Assembly (NCBI GenBank): GCA_030704615.1
Contig: CM060734.1
Span: 42,284,001 to 42,348,000 of the forward strand
Source of the DNA: Takakia lepidozioides
Lineage: Eukaryota; Plantae; Bryophyta
DNA length: 64,000 bases
Direction of reading: 5' to 3'
Shown here: one piece after another, positions 11,301 through 25,200 of the stretch
How the letters are laid out: the number at the start of each line of letters is the position of its first letter
How positions within the stretch are numbered: position 1 is the first letter of the stretch
Program-made: the position numbers and the translations under genes
Notes under the pieces: generated by a model
Databases searched by the model: none
Told to the model about the DNA's origin: nothing
Seen by the model: the letters and a program-made list of their open reading frames with translations, nothing else

Positions 11301-14300
11301 TGGATAAGTGGTACCTGCTTTTTTGTTATGTCACCCTTAATGTCCAATTTTCCTTTAATGTTTTGAAATCTTTGCTCTGTAAAAATTTACACTTGAAAAT
11401 GGCATAAGAGCGTTATTTGATTATGTGTTATGAAAATATGGCTCTCCTCTTTGTTAGCACACCTCCATAGTTGTTAGATCTTATGCCGAGCCTTAATATA
11501 ATTGGTTTGATAAAACATTCATCCACGTGTATTTTCAAACCCTCTAATGAATAAATATTGTATTCTGTTTGATTGAAGAAATACAATATGCAGTGAAGGC
11601 TGTATGTACTAAACCCTAAACCTTTCCAACTGTTATTTTTGATGGTTTTGACCTGTTGTATTGCTTATGTTCTAGATTTTGACCTCTATTTCTGTTATCT
11701 GAATAAATGTTATACTTTTTGTGCTCTACATGGTCGACTATAGTGACTATCTTCTCTTGGGTTGCAGTATAAGAGGACTGGAGTTGCTGGTCCAACCTGT
11801 TGCTTGTTTTATGTGTAGGAATAAGTATGGGAACTCCCATTCCCAACTAGTGACAGGCTGTTGATAAGAGCATGTAGAGGTACCCCACATTTGGTCCCTA
11901 CAAAGGATCAATCAGTCAAATATAGAGACATGTTGTCCCAGCTTGTCAGGCTTCATGGTGGCGCAGTTTGCATGAGTCCAAATATGAGGATGTGGGTTGG
12001 GGGCATTGTTTACGTTCAACAATGGAACTGCACAGCGGGATTGTTTGTCAGGTTGCAGATTAAATAGAGGGATGGTTTCTTTGTACTCAACAAACATGGC
12101 AGGAGGGTGCTGGGCCCTGCCTGCACGTTTAGCTTGCGAGTAAGTTATCCAAATGTAGGGGGGGTGGATCCTTGTTTCATACTCAAAAGGTGGTAAGCGA
12201 CCGCCATCGCCCGCCGCCCTGGCCCCATGATCAGGCAAATGTTGGCAGAAGTAGTCAGCACCGCCCTTTGATCGGACCTTGTGCGGGCCTTGTCTTTGTA
12301 AACAGTATTTTTTGGGGCGAGCATCTTGAGAGAGAGGCGCCACACATCTAAGGCGAAAATCCCCAACATTTGGACGATGATCAGTTCAAAGTTGAAACAT
12401 ATGTGTAGGAGAGTGAGTCCCATTACCGTGTAACTACTAATTGAAGCCTTTTCCACAAAGCGTGCCTCGGTTCTCTGGCCTGCATGGTAGCCCATGAGCA
12501 GAAAGGACAGCCGGCTCAATATCCGATGTTTGCATGGATACTGTTGCAACGACACATTGAACAACGGATGTGGGCCATTGCAACGCAGAGTGTTGTGAAG
12601 AAGGAGTCAAAAAAGATTTGGTGCTTGTCCTCTTTCGCTCCTTCTCCCAATCTAAGTAGAGCACGTCTTTTACACATTACAAATTGGGAGAGAAATTTGA
12701 AAGGTATTGATCGATTACATAATATATGTGTTTATGGGTGCTATAGTAAAGAGAATGAAGTAGCAGTGTGCGTTTTTGGGATCCCGGCTTTGTCTTAACG
12801 GTCATAAGTGGAGGCATTCAATTGGTGTTGACCTTAATTTAGTGCTCTGGGCCTTTGACATCACAGGCAGGCACAGTTCTCCACAGGCTTTTGCATCGCA
12901 CCGTCGCCACGCCTCTCTTATCATGATCATCACCATTCATTGTGGCCGCACACACTTCAGTGCAGGCCTTACTTGGAACAGCAACATTTGCATCACTCCT
13001 CACTAAGTGCCTGCCAGGAGATTACAGAGTTCAGTTGTAGAGAACTGTCCAATATACCTACCGTCAAGCTCTCGATTACGCCTGTAGGTACAGTACCTGT
13101 ACATCGGTCAGCGTATCCCTTTTCTCTGATCTGCAAGCTGCGAAATTCTAGTTCGGGAAAAAAAATGCTGCAGGTTGCACCTGTGTTGCTGCCCTCCCAC
13201 AATAATGATTGGTTTCATTCTTTGAGTGGGCCCAACTGAACAGTGCATAGATGGCTTCAAAGCTAACAAACTAAACTGTAGCACTTGGCAGTGGAATCAT
13301 ATCAATCTCCATGAGGAGATAACGAAATAACTGGTGTGCCAAATGTAGTGGGCCCTGGGAAAATTCTTCCATTGTTCAATTGCAATGCCCCTATGAGTTT
13401 TTCGCAGTCAGGCAGCCCGAGATTCCATCTGGAGATCGACACGCCGCATGTGAGGGTTCTGGAAGTGTCGATCCAACCCTCCAAGACCCATCTAAGTAGC
13501 TATACTTGTGGAACTTGTTACTTTACTGTTCTCATAAACTCTTGTTTACATATTATACTCCTCAAACTTGGGATGTACTGCAGAGGCTCCTCTCTTGGGC
13601 GGATCCCCATGTTGTCAGTACGTGAACGTCAGTGTCTATGCCTTACATTTCATAAGCGCATGATGCTGAGGAGTTGGGAAATTTTTGTCCTTTGAGTTGT
13701 AAATACTAAATACTTCTTCGTCAATTCGAAAATCCCTTGATCAAGTACACAAACGGTTGTGAACTAAAGTGTAGGGATTCGGAAACAAATTCGTGCACCG
13801 AATTACTAAATTAGTTGGAATCATAAAAGATTGAGGGAACCATTCAGAGTTCTATCAAAGGGCATGCTGATGCTAAACCGACTGACACCCAACTCATATT
13901 ATACTAATCCGTAATTAGTAGAATCAGTTAGCACATGCCTGGCATGTGACACAAGCATGCAGCTTACAGCACATGTGTGAGCAAGCACGGCCGTCATGCC
14001 GGATGCATGCCTCACCTTTCCCATCCCTTAAGCCATCATCCACCCCTTTTATGACTGTCCTGAACAGCAAGTATATGAGTTACATTAGAGCCCAATGACA
14101 ATCTTTGAGGCTTAGTTAGTAATGGGTGTGGCTAATTCAATCCCGCACTTGATGTTAGTCAGTAATCACCCACATTACAGACACCAGCCATCACATTTGC
14201 ATTGAAGAAGAGTGAATACTAAATACCCCAGATCAGAGTAGGTTTGGTGTAGTTTTAGTGCTGTGTTCAGTGGGTTTTGTAGAAAGGGATAAATTAGAGG

Positions 14301-15761
14301 AAAACCCAGTTTCATAATAAGGCTGCATAATACTGCGGAGTTGGTACAAGGGGTGTGTCACATGCTGCAGTGAAGTGTCAGCAATCGACTTTTCAAGTCA
14401 GAGAGAAATTTGGTGCAGAAGGGAATCTGGCAAGGCTTAGATATTCCTTGCAGGGAACTTAGGGTATGATTAGGCTTACCTTAGCAGCAGTCTGCAACCA
14501 GAGTGGCGGCACCTCGGAATATCGAAGTTGTGAAAAGTGGTCTGATAACACATGTGTCGGTTAACGTAATCCCTCAGCCTGCTGTGTGGGTGCTGGCCAT
14601 TATATATTAACATATTAGGTCAGGAAGAGTTTTGTTGATAATGGAAAATCCATGTTGAGTGAAAGGTGACAGTGGCAGGCCTGCCTACGTTACTACTGCA
14701 CTGCAGGTGCAACACTGGCGCGCTAATTTTGGACTATATCCCCTACAGTCTGATACTTTAAAAATTACAGCTTATGTGCTATGTTGAGTGAGAGCTCTAG
14801 GAGAAAGGGAAGAGAGAACCACCCACAGCTTGTTGAAAGAGATTGCAATTCAATTTGGCTACAGCACCCAGAAAAGAGGTTAGAGTTAGAGTAGCTTTGC
14901 AGTAGAGTGGAAATGCAGTAAAGGTGATCTGACTCAGAGAGAAAGCGAAAGAAGAGAGTGAGATTTATTTCGCTAAGCAAGCATTGCAGTGGACCCAGCG
15001 GAAGAGCGAAGCTCTAGACGAGGGACAGAGTCTGGACAAGAGTTGTTCTCACATTGAACTAGAAGGCATATAGTCCTCGTACCTCAGTATCAGGACACAA
15101 GACTGTACATGGAAAACTAGAACGATAAGGGTACATTTACAGCTAGCAGTTAGCGAGGGATAGGGAGAGAGAAGAGGTTGAATATCAACGTTTGGACGCG
15201 CACGATTGGCATCCACTGAGATAGCGAAGGTCCAAAGCTCGGAGAGTGAAAGCTTTTGGCACCCAGCCCCATACGCCCTCCCTCTCCGGAAGGAAACATT
15301 GCAGTAGTTGGTAGGTCGGAAGAGAAAAAAGGGATCCAACTCTTGTTTGTACTTGCGTATTATCACTCCCTGGTGGGTCCGCTCGGATTAGTTGGAGAAG
15401 GGGTGCCGCGTGCTATCTTTACTGGTCCCGCCATGGTCATAGTCTACTAGCTTGCTCCCTCATCGCAACCACTTTAGTCCTTAGTGAACACCCTGGGTTA
15501 TAAGCTGCTCCTGCAGGTAAGGAGGTGAGGTGGTGTCTCTCTCATTGAGATGTAACAGGGACTCGAAAATAAGAGGGAAGAGTGGACCAAGGTAGAGAGG
15601 GGGAGAGACGCGGAAATGAGCTGGATGAATGGGAAGTAGATTCCAACGATCACGAGAGAAGGAGATTGGGGAGGCAGGGACGGTCTGAAGATAGCACAGT
15701 CCCACTGACTTAAAATCTGTTTGTGTATATGTGCGCGCGTGTGTGCGTCAAGAGGAGAGAG

Positions 15762-18700
15762 ATGGGCTGTTCAAAAGTCATTGAAAGTCTTCTGCTGTTT
15801 TGTATCTCGATTCTCTCTCACCTCCAAGCAGGCGCAGCTGCGTCTCTCTCACTCGAGGGGCTGGCGCTTATCTCATTGAAGGCCTCCATAACCGACCCAC
15901 AAGGTCACCTGGATGATTGGAAGGAAACTGGCGATGCTACTCCGTGCATGTGGAATGGCATCAAGTGCGAGTCAAATTCCAGTCAGATCGTTGCCCTCGA
16001 ACTCTCGAACATGAACCTGACCGGCACCCTTTCCAGTGATCTGGGCCTCCTACAAAATTTGGTCAACATGTCCGTGGATTGTAACAATTTTACGGGTAGC
16101 CTCCCAGCGGAGATTGCCAATCTTCTCAACCTCCAGCATCTCAACGTATCCAACAACAACTTTAGCAATGCCTTTCCTGCGAATTTCTCCAAACTACAGA
16201 AATTAGAGGTACGTATTGTGCGTCAACTCATCGATGGTCTCTCACAGTCTGTCACCACCAGGGACATGTGCACTTGCATATACTGATTGTCGATTACGGA
16301 GACTTCCATGTCTAGAGCTAATGTCGAGAATTGTTGCTCGAAAGGAGAGGCTGCATTTTGGGCGAGGAATGAGAGAAATCTTGACGATAACTTGGTCGGA
16401 AAGGATCAAACGAGGTTGACCCAATGTCAATTGATCTCGTTCCCAATTTTGTGACTGCTATTCAGGCGCTGGATTGTTTCAACAACAACTTTACCGGGCC
16501 ACTGCCGGTAGACCTGTGGGAGATAGACACACTGCAGCATTTGAGCCTGGGAGGGAACTACTTTTCAGGAAGCATTCCTCTCCAATACGGTAGCTTCCAT
16601 AGCCTTACCTATATGGGTCTCAGTGGCAATTCTCTTACTGGAGCCATCCCCGACGAACTTGGAAATCTGACAGGTATTCTTACGACACCTGCATATGAAA
16701 TCATAGGTAACTTGAACGGACCGTTTTCGGTTGAACAGAATTTGAACTCCTGGGACCTGTACATAGGCCTGTGGTGATGGACTCAGTAGTTTACAAAAGC
16801 ATCTGAGATGTGCAGTGAAAATGTAAAGTATCTCCTGGGGTTTGAATGTCGTGCACGTCTCTCGAGCGGTATTAAGCTAGGTAGTCTCGTGCTGGAATAG
16901 ACCAAAGGACTCAGTACCCGCAAGGGCAAGATGCCTTTTTTATTCTGGGTTGGGCCGTCTTCATCTGGTCTGTCTTTGTGCTGTCTCTGGCTCGAGTCAC
17001 TAGCAATTTGTGGAGCTGTCTTGCAGTCTATTTACATGGCGCTGTCTTGCATCTCTATCTTGAAGTTCACACATGGGATCTTCTCATCTCTTCAAGACTG
17101 TTAAGAAGAATGTGTGTCAGCAGCGTCCTCAAGTTCTGCAGTCCGAATGCTGTATGCATACGCATTGACTCACACTGTATCCGTACTCATTTCTTCTCCC
17201 AGGGCTGCGAGAGCTGTACATGGGCTACTACAACAATTACTCATCGGGTATTCCCGCTGCATTCGGAAAGTTGATCAATCTAGTTCGCCTTGATCTAGCA
17301 TCCTGCGAGTTGACTGGGCCCATCCCCAAAGAGATCGGCAACCTGGTTAACCTGGACACACTATTTTTAATGCTTAACGAACTGACGGGAGTCATTCCAT
17401 CCGAGTTGGGCAACCTTCTGAACCTCAAGTCACTGGACCTCTCTTACAACATGCTGAGTGGCGAGATTCCGAACACCCTCCAAGGGCTCCAGAAGCTAGA
17501 GTTGCTCAGTTTGATGAACAATCAGATTGGCGGCATCATTCCACCTTATATGGGGAAGCTCCCCAACTTACAGGTGGGCGTGACATGTTGATGTAAGAGA
17601 ATGTTTTCGATGGATCTGATTGCAAAAGAATGCGTCATCATAGTGGGTAACTGCTTACGAGGGGAAGGGGAAGCACTAGATGGGAGCCTTTTTTTGGCGG
17701 GTGAGAGTGGGTGCTGAGTTGAGCATAGGCCCTCTGACCAGTCTGGAAAAAATTGAAATGATCTACTTTACAACGATCGTGGAATGCTAAAAGAGTTCAT
17801 GGGACAAGAGAAAGAGAGAGGTCTTTGCACAGCACCGTTTTGCTGACTTCAGAGTATGCTTCAGGACTGCCTCTTTGCGTGTCACATTGGAGCAGCATAT
17901 CTCTATAGTTTTCCTGGTAGAGTATCGATAAAAACATTAGAAAAACTTCATCTGGAAGTCACTCTGGCACTCGTCCTTCCATGTGTCCGATGTCCAAGAT
18001 TCGAAAGTTGTTCCTACCCGTTGCATCTAAAGTCCCGTTACTCTGTAGCACCTTTCCTTGAATACTAAACGAACGATCTGTGCTGCAGGTGCTTTATCTG
18101 TGGGAAAACAACCTTGTGGGCAATATTCCAGAGACGTTGGGCCAAAATGGAAATCTCATTCTGGTTGACCTCTCTTCCAATTCGCTGAATGGAACCATAC
18201 CCCCGGATCTGTGCATTGGCAGGACACTCACATGGCTCATTCTTCAAAGGAATCAGCTAACCGGGCCCATACCAGATGGCCTTGGCAACTGCACGAGCCT
18301 CTCAAGATTGCTTCTCAGTGACAACTTTCTTGATGGGTCCATTCCACAGGGATTGGTTACTCTTCCAAACATCACGGTGGTGCAGGTGAAAGGAAATCGG
18401 CTGGCTGGACGAATTCCACAAGTGATCGACGCGCCCCAATTGGGCATTCTGGATGTCTCACATAATCAGCTTTCCGGCACTCTGCCAGAAAGCTTTGGCA
18501 CCCTATCAAGCCTGCAGCAGTTTACCATCTCTGGAAACCTTATCAGTGGGAGCATTCCCTCAGAAATTTGTGATATAGCGGATCTATATCACTTAGACCT
18601 CAGTTCCAACAACTTTTCTGGGTCCATACCGATTGGATTTGGCAACTGCAAGAAGCTTGGGTTGCTGGACTTAAGCAGCAATGACTTGTCAGGCGAAATA

Positions 18701-21096
18701 CCCCCGCAGCTGGAAAATATGTCGGATCTCTTTCTTCTGAATGTCTCTCGAAATCATTTCTCTGGACAAATTCCGAACCAACTCCAGCTCCTGCAAACCT
18801 TGAGCACGTTTGATTTCTCATACAACAACCTGTCGGGCCCCATTCCACAGTTTGCCTCCTTCAATATCACTGCGTTTGTGGGCAACCCTGGGTTGTGCGG
18901 AGATGGTCTAGCGCCCTGCCCCGTGAGAGCTCCTGCCCCTGCACCCTCCCATGGGTCTAAAGGCGATCCTGTGCTCTTGGCATGGTTGGTTGGAGCCCTG
19001 TTCTCAGCAGCTTTAATAATCCTCCTGGTGGGCATGTGCTGTTTCTTCAGAAAATACCATGCGTACATCTGCAGTTATTTCCAGGCAGAATCATCTGCAC
19101 GTCCATGGAAACTTACTGCATTTCAGCGACTGGATTTCTCCGCATCCCATGTAAGTCCAGGAGACTGAGTGGGAGATGCACACCTCCAATAACTGATTGA
19201 GAGAGCAAGGAGAGGGATTTTTCACTGAATAGCCAGGGAAGGAAAGTGCCGTGCATAAAGATGTATAGGGGGAAGTCAAAAGGAGATCATGTGCATGATA
19301 TCAGGTAGTGGGAAGGGTCGAATAGGTTTGTACCGAGCTACCTTCCCATCTTGTCTTTCATCTTTACCCTTCCCTTCGGATTGTGCTGTTGAAGATGATC
19401 ATAAGTTTGTGTAGTGCAACAATGAAAACAGGTGTTGGATTGCTTAAATGAGGACAACATCATTGGACGAGGTGGGGCGGGTACAGTATACAAAGGGGTC
19501 ATGCCAGGTGGAGACATGGTAGCTGTAAAGCGGCTTTCAGGGGAGGGTAAGGGTGCATCCCATGACCATGGATTCTCAGCTGAGATTCAAACACTAGGGA
19601 AGATTCGCCATCGCAACATTGTGAGACTCTTGGGTTGCTGCTCCAACCATGAGACAAACTTGCTGGTTTATGAGTATATGCCTAATGGAAGCCTGGGAGA
19701 GCTTCTTCACAGCAAAGAAAAAAATCATCTCGACTGGGACACGAGGTCAGAGCCTGCTTATTTCCTAATTTAAATGGCCTATCTGTTGTGCGGAAATTTT
19801 TAGTTGGGTCCTAACCTGGCAACTGCTATGACGAGGTTGAATTTTAGATAAAAGGTGGTGGATCGAGCCTTTCGTCACTGCAGTCTTTGCGTTTGCAAAT
19901 GGGAAAGATCTTATTCCTGATTTGTGGCTAGAGAGAGTCCAAGGGATCAACTTCTGATGGGAGCTCTATTTGTGGCCAGGTATAACATCGCTGTACAAGC
20001 GGCCCATGGCTTGTGCTACTTGCATCACGATTGTTCCCCGCTCATTGTTCACCGTGACGTGAAGTCCAACAACATTTTGCTGGACTCAAATTTTCAGGCG
20101 CATGTAGCAGATTTTGGACTGGCCAAGCTGTTCCAAGACTCAGGAAAGTCAGAGTCAATGTCTTCAATTGCCGGCTCTTATGGTTACATAGCCCCTGGTA
20201 AACCCGGCCCACCAAACCTTGGTTCTGTAGAGGAGTTTCCAATTTCTTGTTTTCCTTCCATTGGGTGTTTTAGGAGATTGCTCTGGGCACTATTCCATGG
20301 CATTCTTCACCGGGGTCGTGAGATAATCTGGGAGCGAGATTACCCTCTGCTAGATTCCTAAGCTCTATTGATTCACAGTCACTGCGTTGGATATTCAGTA
20401 TTTTACGAAACTAACGGCACGGAGTCCTCATTGACATGGTATAGTTTCTTGTTTTTTAACTCTGCAGAGTACGCTTACACACTTAAAGTCAATGAGAAGA
20501 GCGACATCTACAGTTTCGGAGTGGTGCTGATGGAGCTGCTGACAGGGAAGCGACCGATTGAGCCAGAATTTGGAGACGGTGTCGATATAGTACAGTGGGT
20601 GCGACAGAAAATCCAGACTAAGGACGGATTGCTCGATTTACTGGACCCCAAAATGGGAGCTGTTACTGTGCCCCTGCAGGTAAGGCGTCTTGGAGAAGTG
20701 CACCATTAACCCTCCTAATACTATATTTACTCCATGCGACTCTAGTCTCAGTAAAGGTGGCACACTGCTCTGAGAGAGCCCCAATCTTGTGACTTGGCAA
20801 AGATGTTTATATATTGCGAAGACCTTGCGTTTGGATAGGACTGATGCTCAGGATTACATTACAACTTCGCAGCATTTATTATAACAAACCCGGTGCTTGA
20901 CTCTTGCTGAGTGCAGGAGGTGATGTTGGTCCTAAGAGTGGCACTCCTTTGTTCGAGTGACTTGCCAGTGGATCGTCCAACCATGCGAGACGTGGTTCAA
21001 ATGCTGTCAGAGGTGAAGCCTAAGAGCAAAGGCAGTAGCCTCGCAGACTCTCGCGAGTTGCTACCTCCTGAACTGATCAAGTCTGATGACCTTTAG
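15762..21096 (+). CDS. CLV1: CLAVATA1/BARELY ANY MERISTEM-like LRR receptor kinase (subclass XI), 8 exons, ~1003 aa
   Basis: Exons 15762-16208, 16466-16673, 17203-17573, 18089-19150, 19432-19745, 19980-20197, 20468-20679 and 20917-21096 join in frame (3012 nt). Signal peptide, plant LRRs (LxGxIPxxxGxL), MGYYN, GNPGLCG, TM helix, [65 protein letters not shown]. Confidence 0.93.
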
Positions 21097-22257
21097 GAGA
21101 TGATCATGATACGACGGCACTCGTCTATAAATCACAAAGTTGAAGTGCTAGACAGATAGATGCAGTAGACAACGGAGCAAATTGACTCTCTCCAGAAGTA
21201 TGCAGCACAGAGGATCTTAACGTAGCTTCCTGCACAAGGCTGGATTATTGCCCATCAAAGTATTGAAACCTCCAGGGATGATAGAAAACCCAACAGAAAT
21301 GGATTACAGCCTGGTGAGATATCTAGGTTTGGGGGAGAGATTCACCCTTGACATCCCGCACTGATCAAGAAGTTGATTTTCAAGCCTGTCGGCTCTTGTA
21401 CTATACTAAAAGATGGTTCTGAAGGAAAATTTAAACTCTCCATTCAGAAGTTGGGAATCTAGGGTACTGAACAAAGATCTAGATTAGTCTTCCAGAGTAG
21501 TGAGTCTAACTAGATGTTAACTCAGATATGAGAATGGGATTATGGCTGACAAGCTTCCTGTGTATAGTAGTAACTCACATCATAGTTGTAAGCTAAGAGT
21601 TCCCAAAAACAGACGATTGCATGTTGACTTGTTTGTTTTCTTGTAATAATGCCCCGGTCTATGTCTACCTGCAATGTAAAATTGGATTTATCATCCAAAG
21701 GAAAGGGTAGTGCCACCTTCCCACACTTCACTATGAAAAAAGTGGGAAACCTGCACCAGTTGCACAATCTTTATGTGTACATGTGGCTCAATTGGGGTTG
21801 GGCAGTCTTGGCCAAAGCTCAATGAACCAACAATCTTCATGTTGCACCTTCATTCTACCTTACATTCTTCCATTATCAAAAGGCTGGAGGCTGATCCTGG
21901 TTAATCCTTGATAAAGCTTTCATACTGGAACTTCCCCACACTTCCCCTTACCCATGAACATAGCTTCTGCATGCTAAAAATGTGACGGATGTCAAGGAAA
22001 TACAACTGAAGAACTGATGAAGAGGCTGTCATATGAAACAAATCATGAGTACGGAATCTGTGGAAATTCTGAAGTCAATAAGTTTTACTCTGGAGACATT
22101 GAAGTTGACTGAGAATCAGATGATGGGTCAGTTCTAAACACTGGACCCTTGCTAATCTTACTGCAATTCAGGCACTGTAATTAGTCTAACATTCATCGAA
22201 ACTCAGCATACATGCACTTCTCGGCTTGTATCTGATGTCATTATCAATGAACCTATA

Positions 22258-25200
22258 CTACAAATAATCCTCTGCTTGTTCGGAAACTACTGTTGGGTCT
22301 CCCTGTGCTAGGGCCATCATAAGCAATGTTCTTTCAAGAATGAGGCGAAGTTTCTCACGAAGTTCTGCATCCTGAGCCTTCTTTTCTGACCGAACATGGC
22401 CCTGCCAAAACAGCCAGACACAGCGGGTGTCTTGTTATGCAGTTCATGTTCTCCACATTCTGCAATAAGAAGCATGATAATATGCTAAAATTCAAGATAT
22501 CAGTAAAACTCAATCGAACAAAAAGGATTATCATTTGGTGGCAGTGCAGCAACATATACCAGGCTCTGCCAAACACCACTTCCAAAGCGTGCGCCGATAG
22601 AGAGGACCACTGTTGCTAGCACCATCTTCTCCTTTCTCGTGGCAGGGATCTGAAACGAACGTGTGTTTCCAGAGCCAAATCCTGCACTAGAAATCAGATG
22701 GTGATGGTTGTGCCCAAAGAGGGTAGTATTTATGGCAAACCTGAGGACGCGTAGTGAGCATATTCAAACGAGCTCTCTTTTTGTCAAAATCCACAGGTAA
22801 GATATCATATCTAAATGCTCGTAAGAACCCAGAACCATGTATGCCATGGTGAAATCAACAATATGGAGTAGTACTTCACTTTGTCCTTGTTCCTCTGTCT
22901 CAAATACTTTCTCCCTTGCTCTCTCCTATGACTTACTCTGGTTGAGGCCTTGTGACTCACCCAAAACTCGTCTGAGAGCATTAAGTACAATCTGGTAACT
23001 GAATGCACCCGACACCAAGCTCACTGAAATAATGAAGTCTTTGATGAAATGCTGCCATGGATACTCGACTGTCTTGTTCACCCAGATTGTTTGGAACCCC
23101 TGCTCCATTTGACACTCAAGAATAAACAATGTCAATCAGAGGAACACAAAAGCTTACCACAGGCAGCCTGTGGTGAAGGTTATACAAGATCAGGTTTACA
23201 TCCTAGAACTTCCTCTGTAGCATCTTACACTAGCTGCCATTTTCTTACGGGGAAAAGTTCATCACCTGAACCTCTGAGTGAAGAGAGTCTACATGGTGGC
23301 GCATGACAGAGGCTGCATAGCGCAGAGCTTTGGCATCATGGGCATGGAGCTCAGCAAGCTTGAATGCCAGTGCAGATGCATCCTCCCGAGCACGACGGAC
23401 AGCTTGTACAGTGTCCCCTATCATTGAAGCGGCACACGCAACTGCTGCCGCCGGGGACTGTCTCCTTTTCTTCAGCCACCCCCTCTTTCTCCTCTGGAAA
23501 TCTCGAAGCGAAGTCCCACCTGGTTCATCTAACAACCATAAGGAAATTAAGTTCATCTGGTAACAGTGGGGAAGAACAAAGAACGGAAATTAAGAGATTA
23601 CATTATGGACAGAAGATCAGTGTTCAGGGGCTAACTATACTGGGATATGAATGGACTATCTACTCCACCTGTCCCATAGTTTATTTGCCATTCCAAACTA
23701 CATACGTCTACCGTCAACTGCGTAGTGGATCCAAGCATCTAATGCAAAGTTGTAAGACAACATTACCTTTCTCGCAGTCACTGGTAGTTGAGCCCATGCT
23801 TGTCAAACTTGCATTGGAGCATCTTCCCACATCTCTCTTCGTTTCTGCAATCTTTTGCTGTATATTATTAGCTGATCCATCTGTTTCACCTCCTTGATTG
23901 CTGTCATGTATGCCTAACAAAGAGGCTTCCTTCGGTGACTGTCCTCCTATCCTGCATGCCCACACAGTACACACTCACATGAGGCTGTCAATATTGTGAT
24001 CAGACTCCAATTGGATGGGTCATCTTTCACTTCCCAAATTGGCTACTGATGGACACTACCAGTGCCATTGCTCAGCAATGTTTACCCAATCAGCCCTGTA
24101 TGCCTCCTGTGACGTTCACATCCAATGAGAGAGACTATGCAGTCTCTATTTTATCCCCTGCCTTTAGCTATACTATAATTGTTTTACACCACGACAAAAT
24201 CATGCGGTCAGCCCACAGACGTGATATGACTTAAAACTTCCAGGCCGTTACCTGCAATGGAGCTTATTGCCAATGGATGCCAGTTCATCAAGTAGTGCCT
24301 GCCGGCGGCTTGCGTCTCTAGCAATAAAAGAAGGAAGACTTTGCCCACCTCTGCCCCAACTATCAAACCCAACAGTGCTCCCATCGTCTGACTGGTCAAC
24401 TGGATCCTCGTCTGTAATCCCCTTTGTGTCTTTTGCTTCTTCTAGTCTGTTTTCTTCTGTCACTTGTAAGGCTTGCTGTGTCACATAACTGTTTTGAAAC
24501 ATTTTTCCCTCCAGAGGCAATTTTGCTACCATCAGCCCACCAAAGCCCTGCCTAGAATCTGAAAGCAATGGACCCTCTTTCAAGTCCGGAAAGCTCAAGT
24601 CCACTGATTCATCAAACAGGACCCCATCTTCCTCAAAGCCTTGCACCGTCCAACTTGTCTCCTTCCCATTTCCAGTGATATAACTATCTACGATACACCA
24701 GTTTGTGCAATTTTGGATGATTCCGTCCCTGTCGTCATCCTTTCCATTGCATACAGCCCCCTCACTGCCAAGTCCTCTCTCCCAGGGCTGAACGCACACC
24801 AAAGTTGAATCAGAGTCCTTGAAGACTTAGTTTTGTGGTGAGAGGGAGTAGGAAGAAGCTGTGGACAAGACCAAATTGGAATGGAGTAGATGAACACACC
24901 ATACTAAGAGTAAGAGTAAGTCAAGATAAAAGATAAAGGAACATGCACTATATACCTTGGCAGGTATTTTACGGCTCAAAGGAGGTTCATCCTTTGCAAT
25001 CTGCCCATGCGCGATGCCTCCACTTCCTCCACTGCAAACACTCCCGTCCCTCCCGCTGCTGCTGCAATCCTCAGAACCCTTGGTTCCTTGCGTACTCACA
25101 GAGTTCTTTTGAGACCTGCCAACCCTCTGTCTCCTTGACTTTCCAACCCTGCAGCCTTCCCCATTTTCTCTCATGACAGAAGAGACAGCCACATAACCAG

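Noticed and set aside
11608-11622. Telomere-like ctaaaccctaaacc / telomerase RNA template
   Set aside because: It is an isolated telo-box-sized match with no Pol III USE/TATA context seen.
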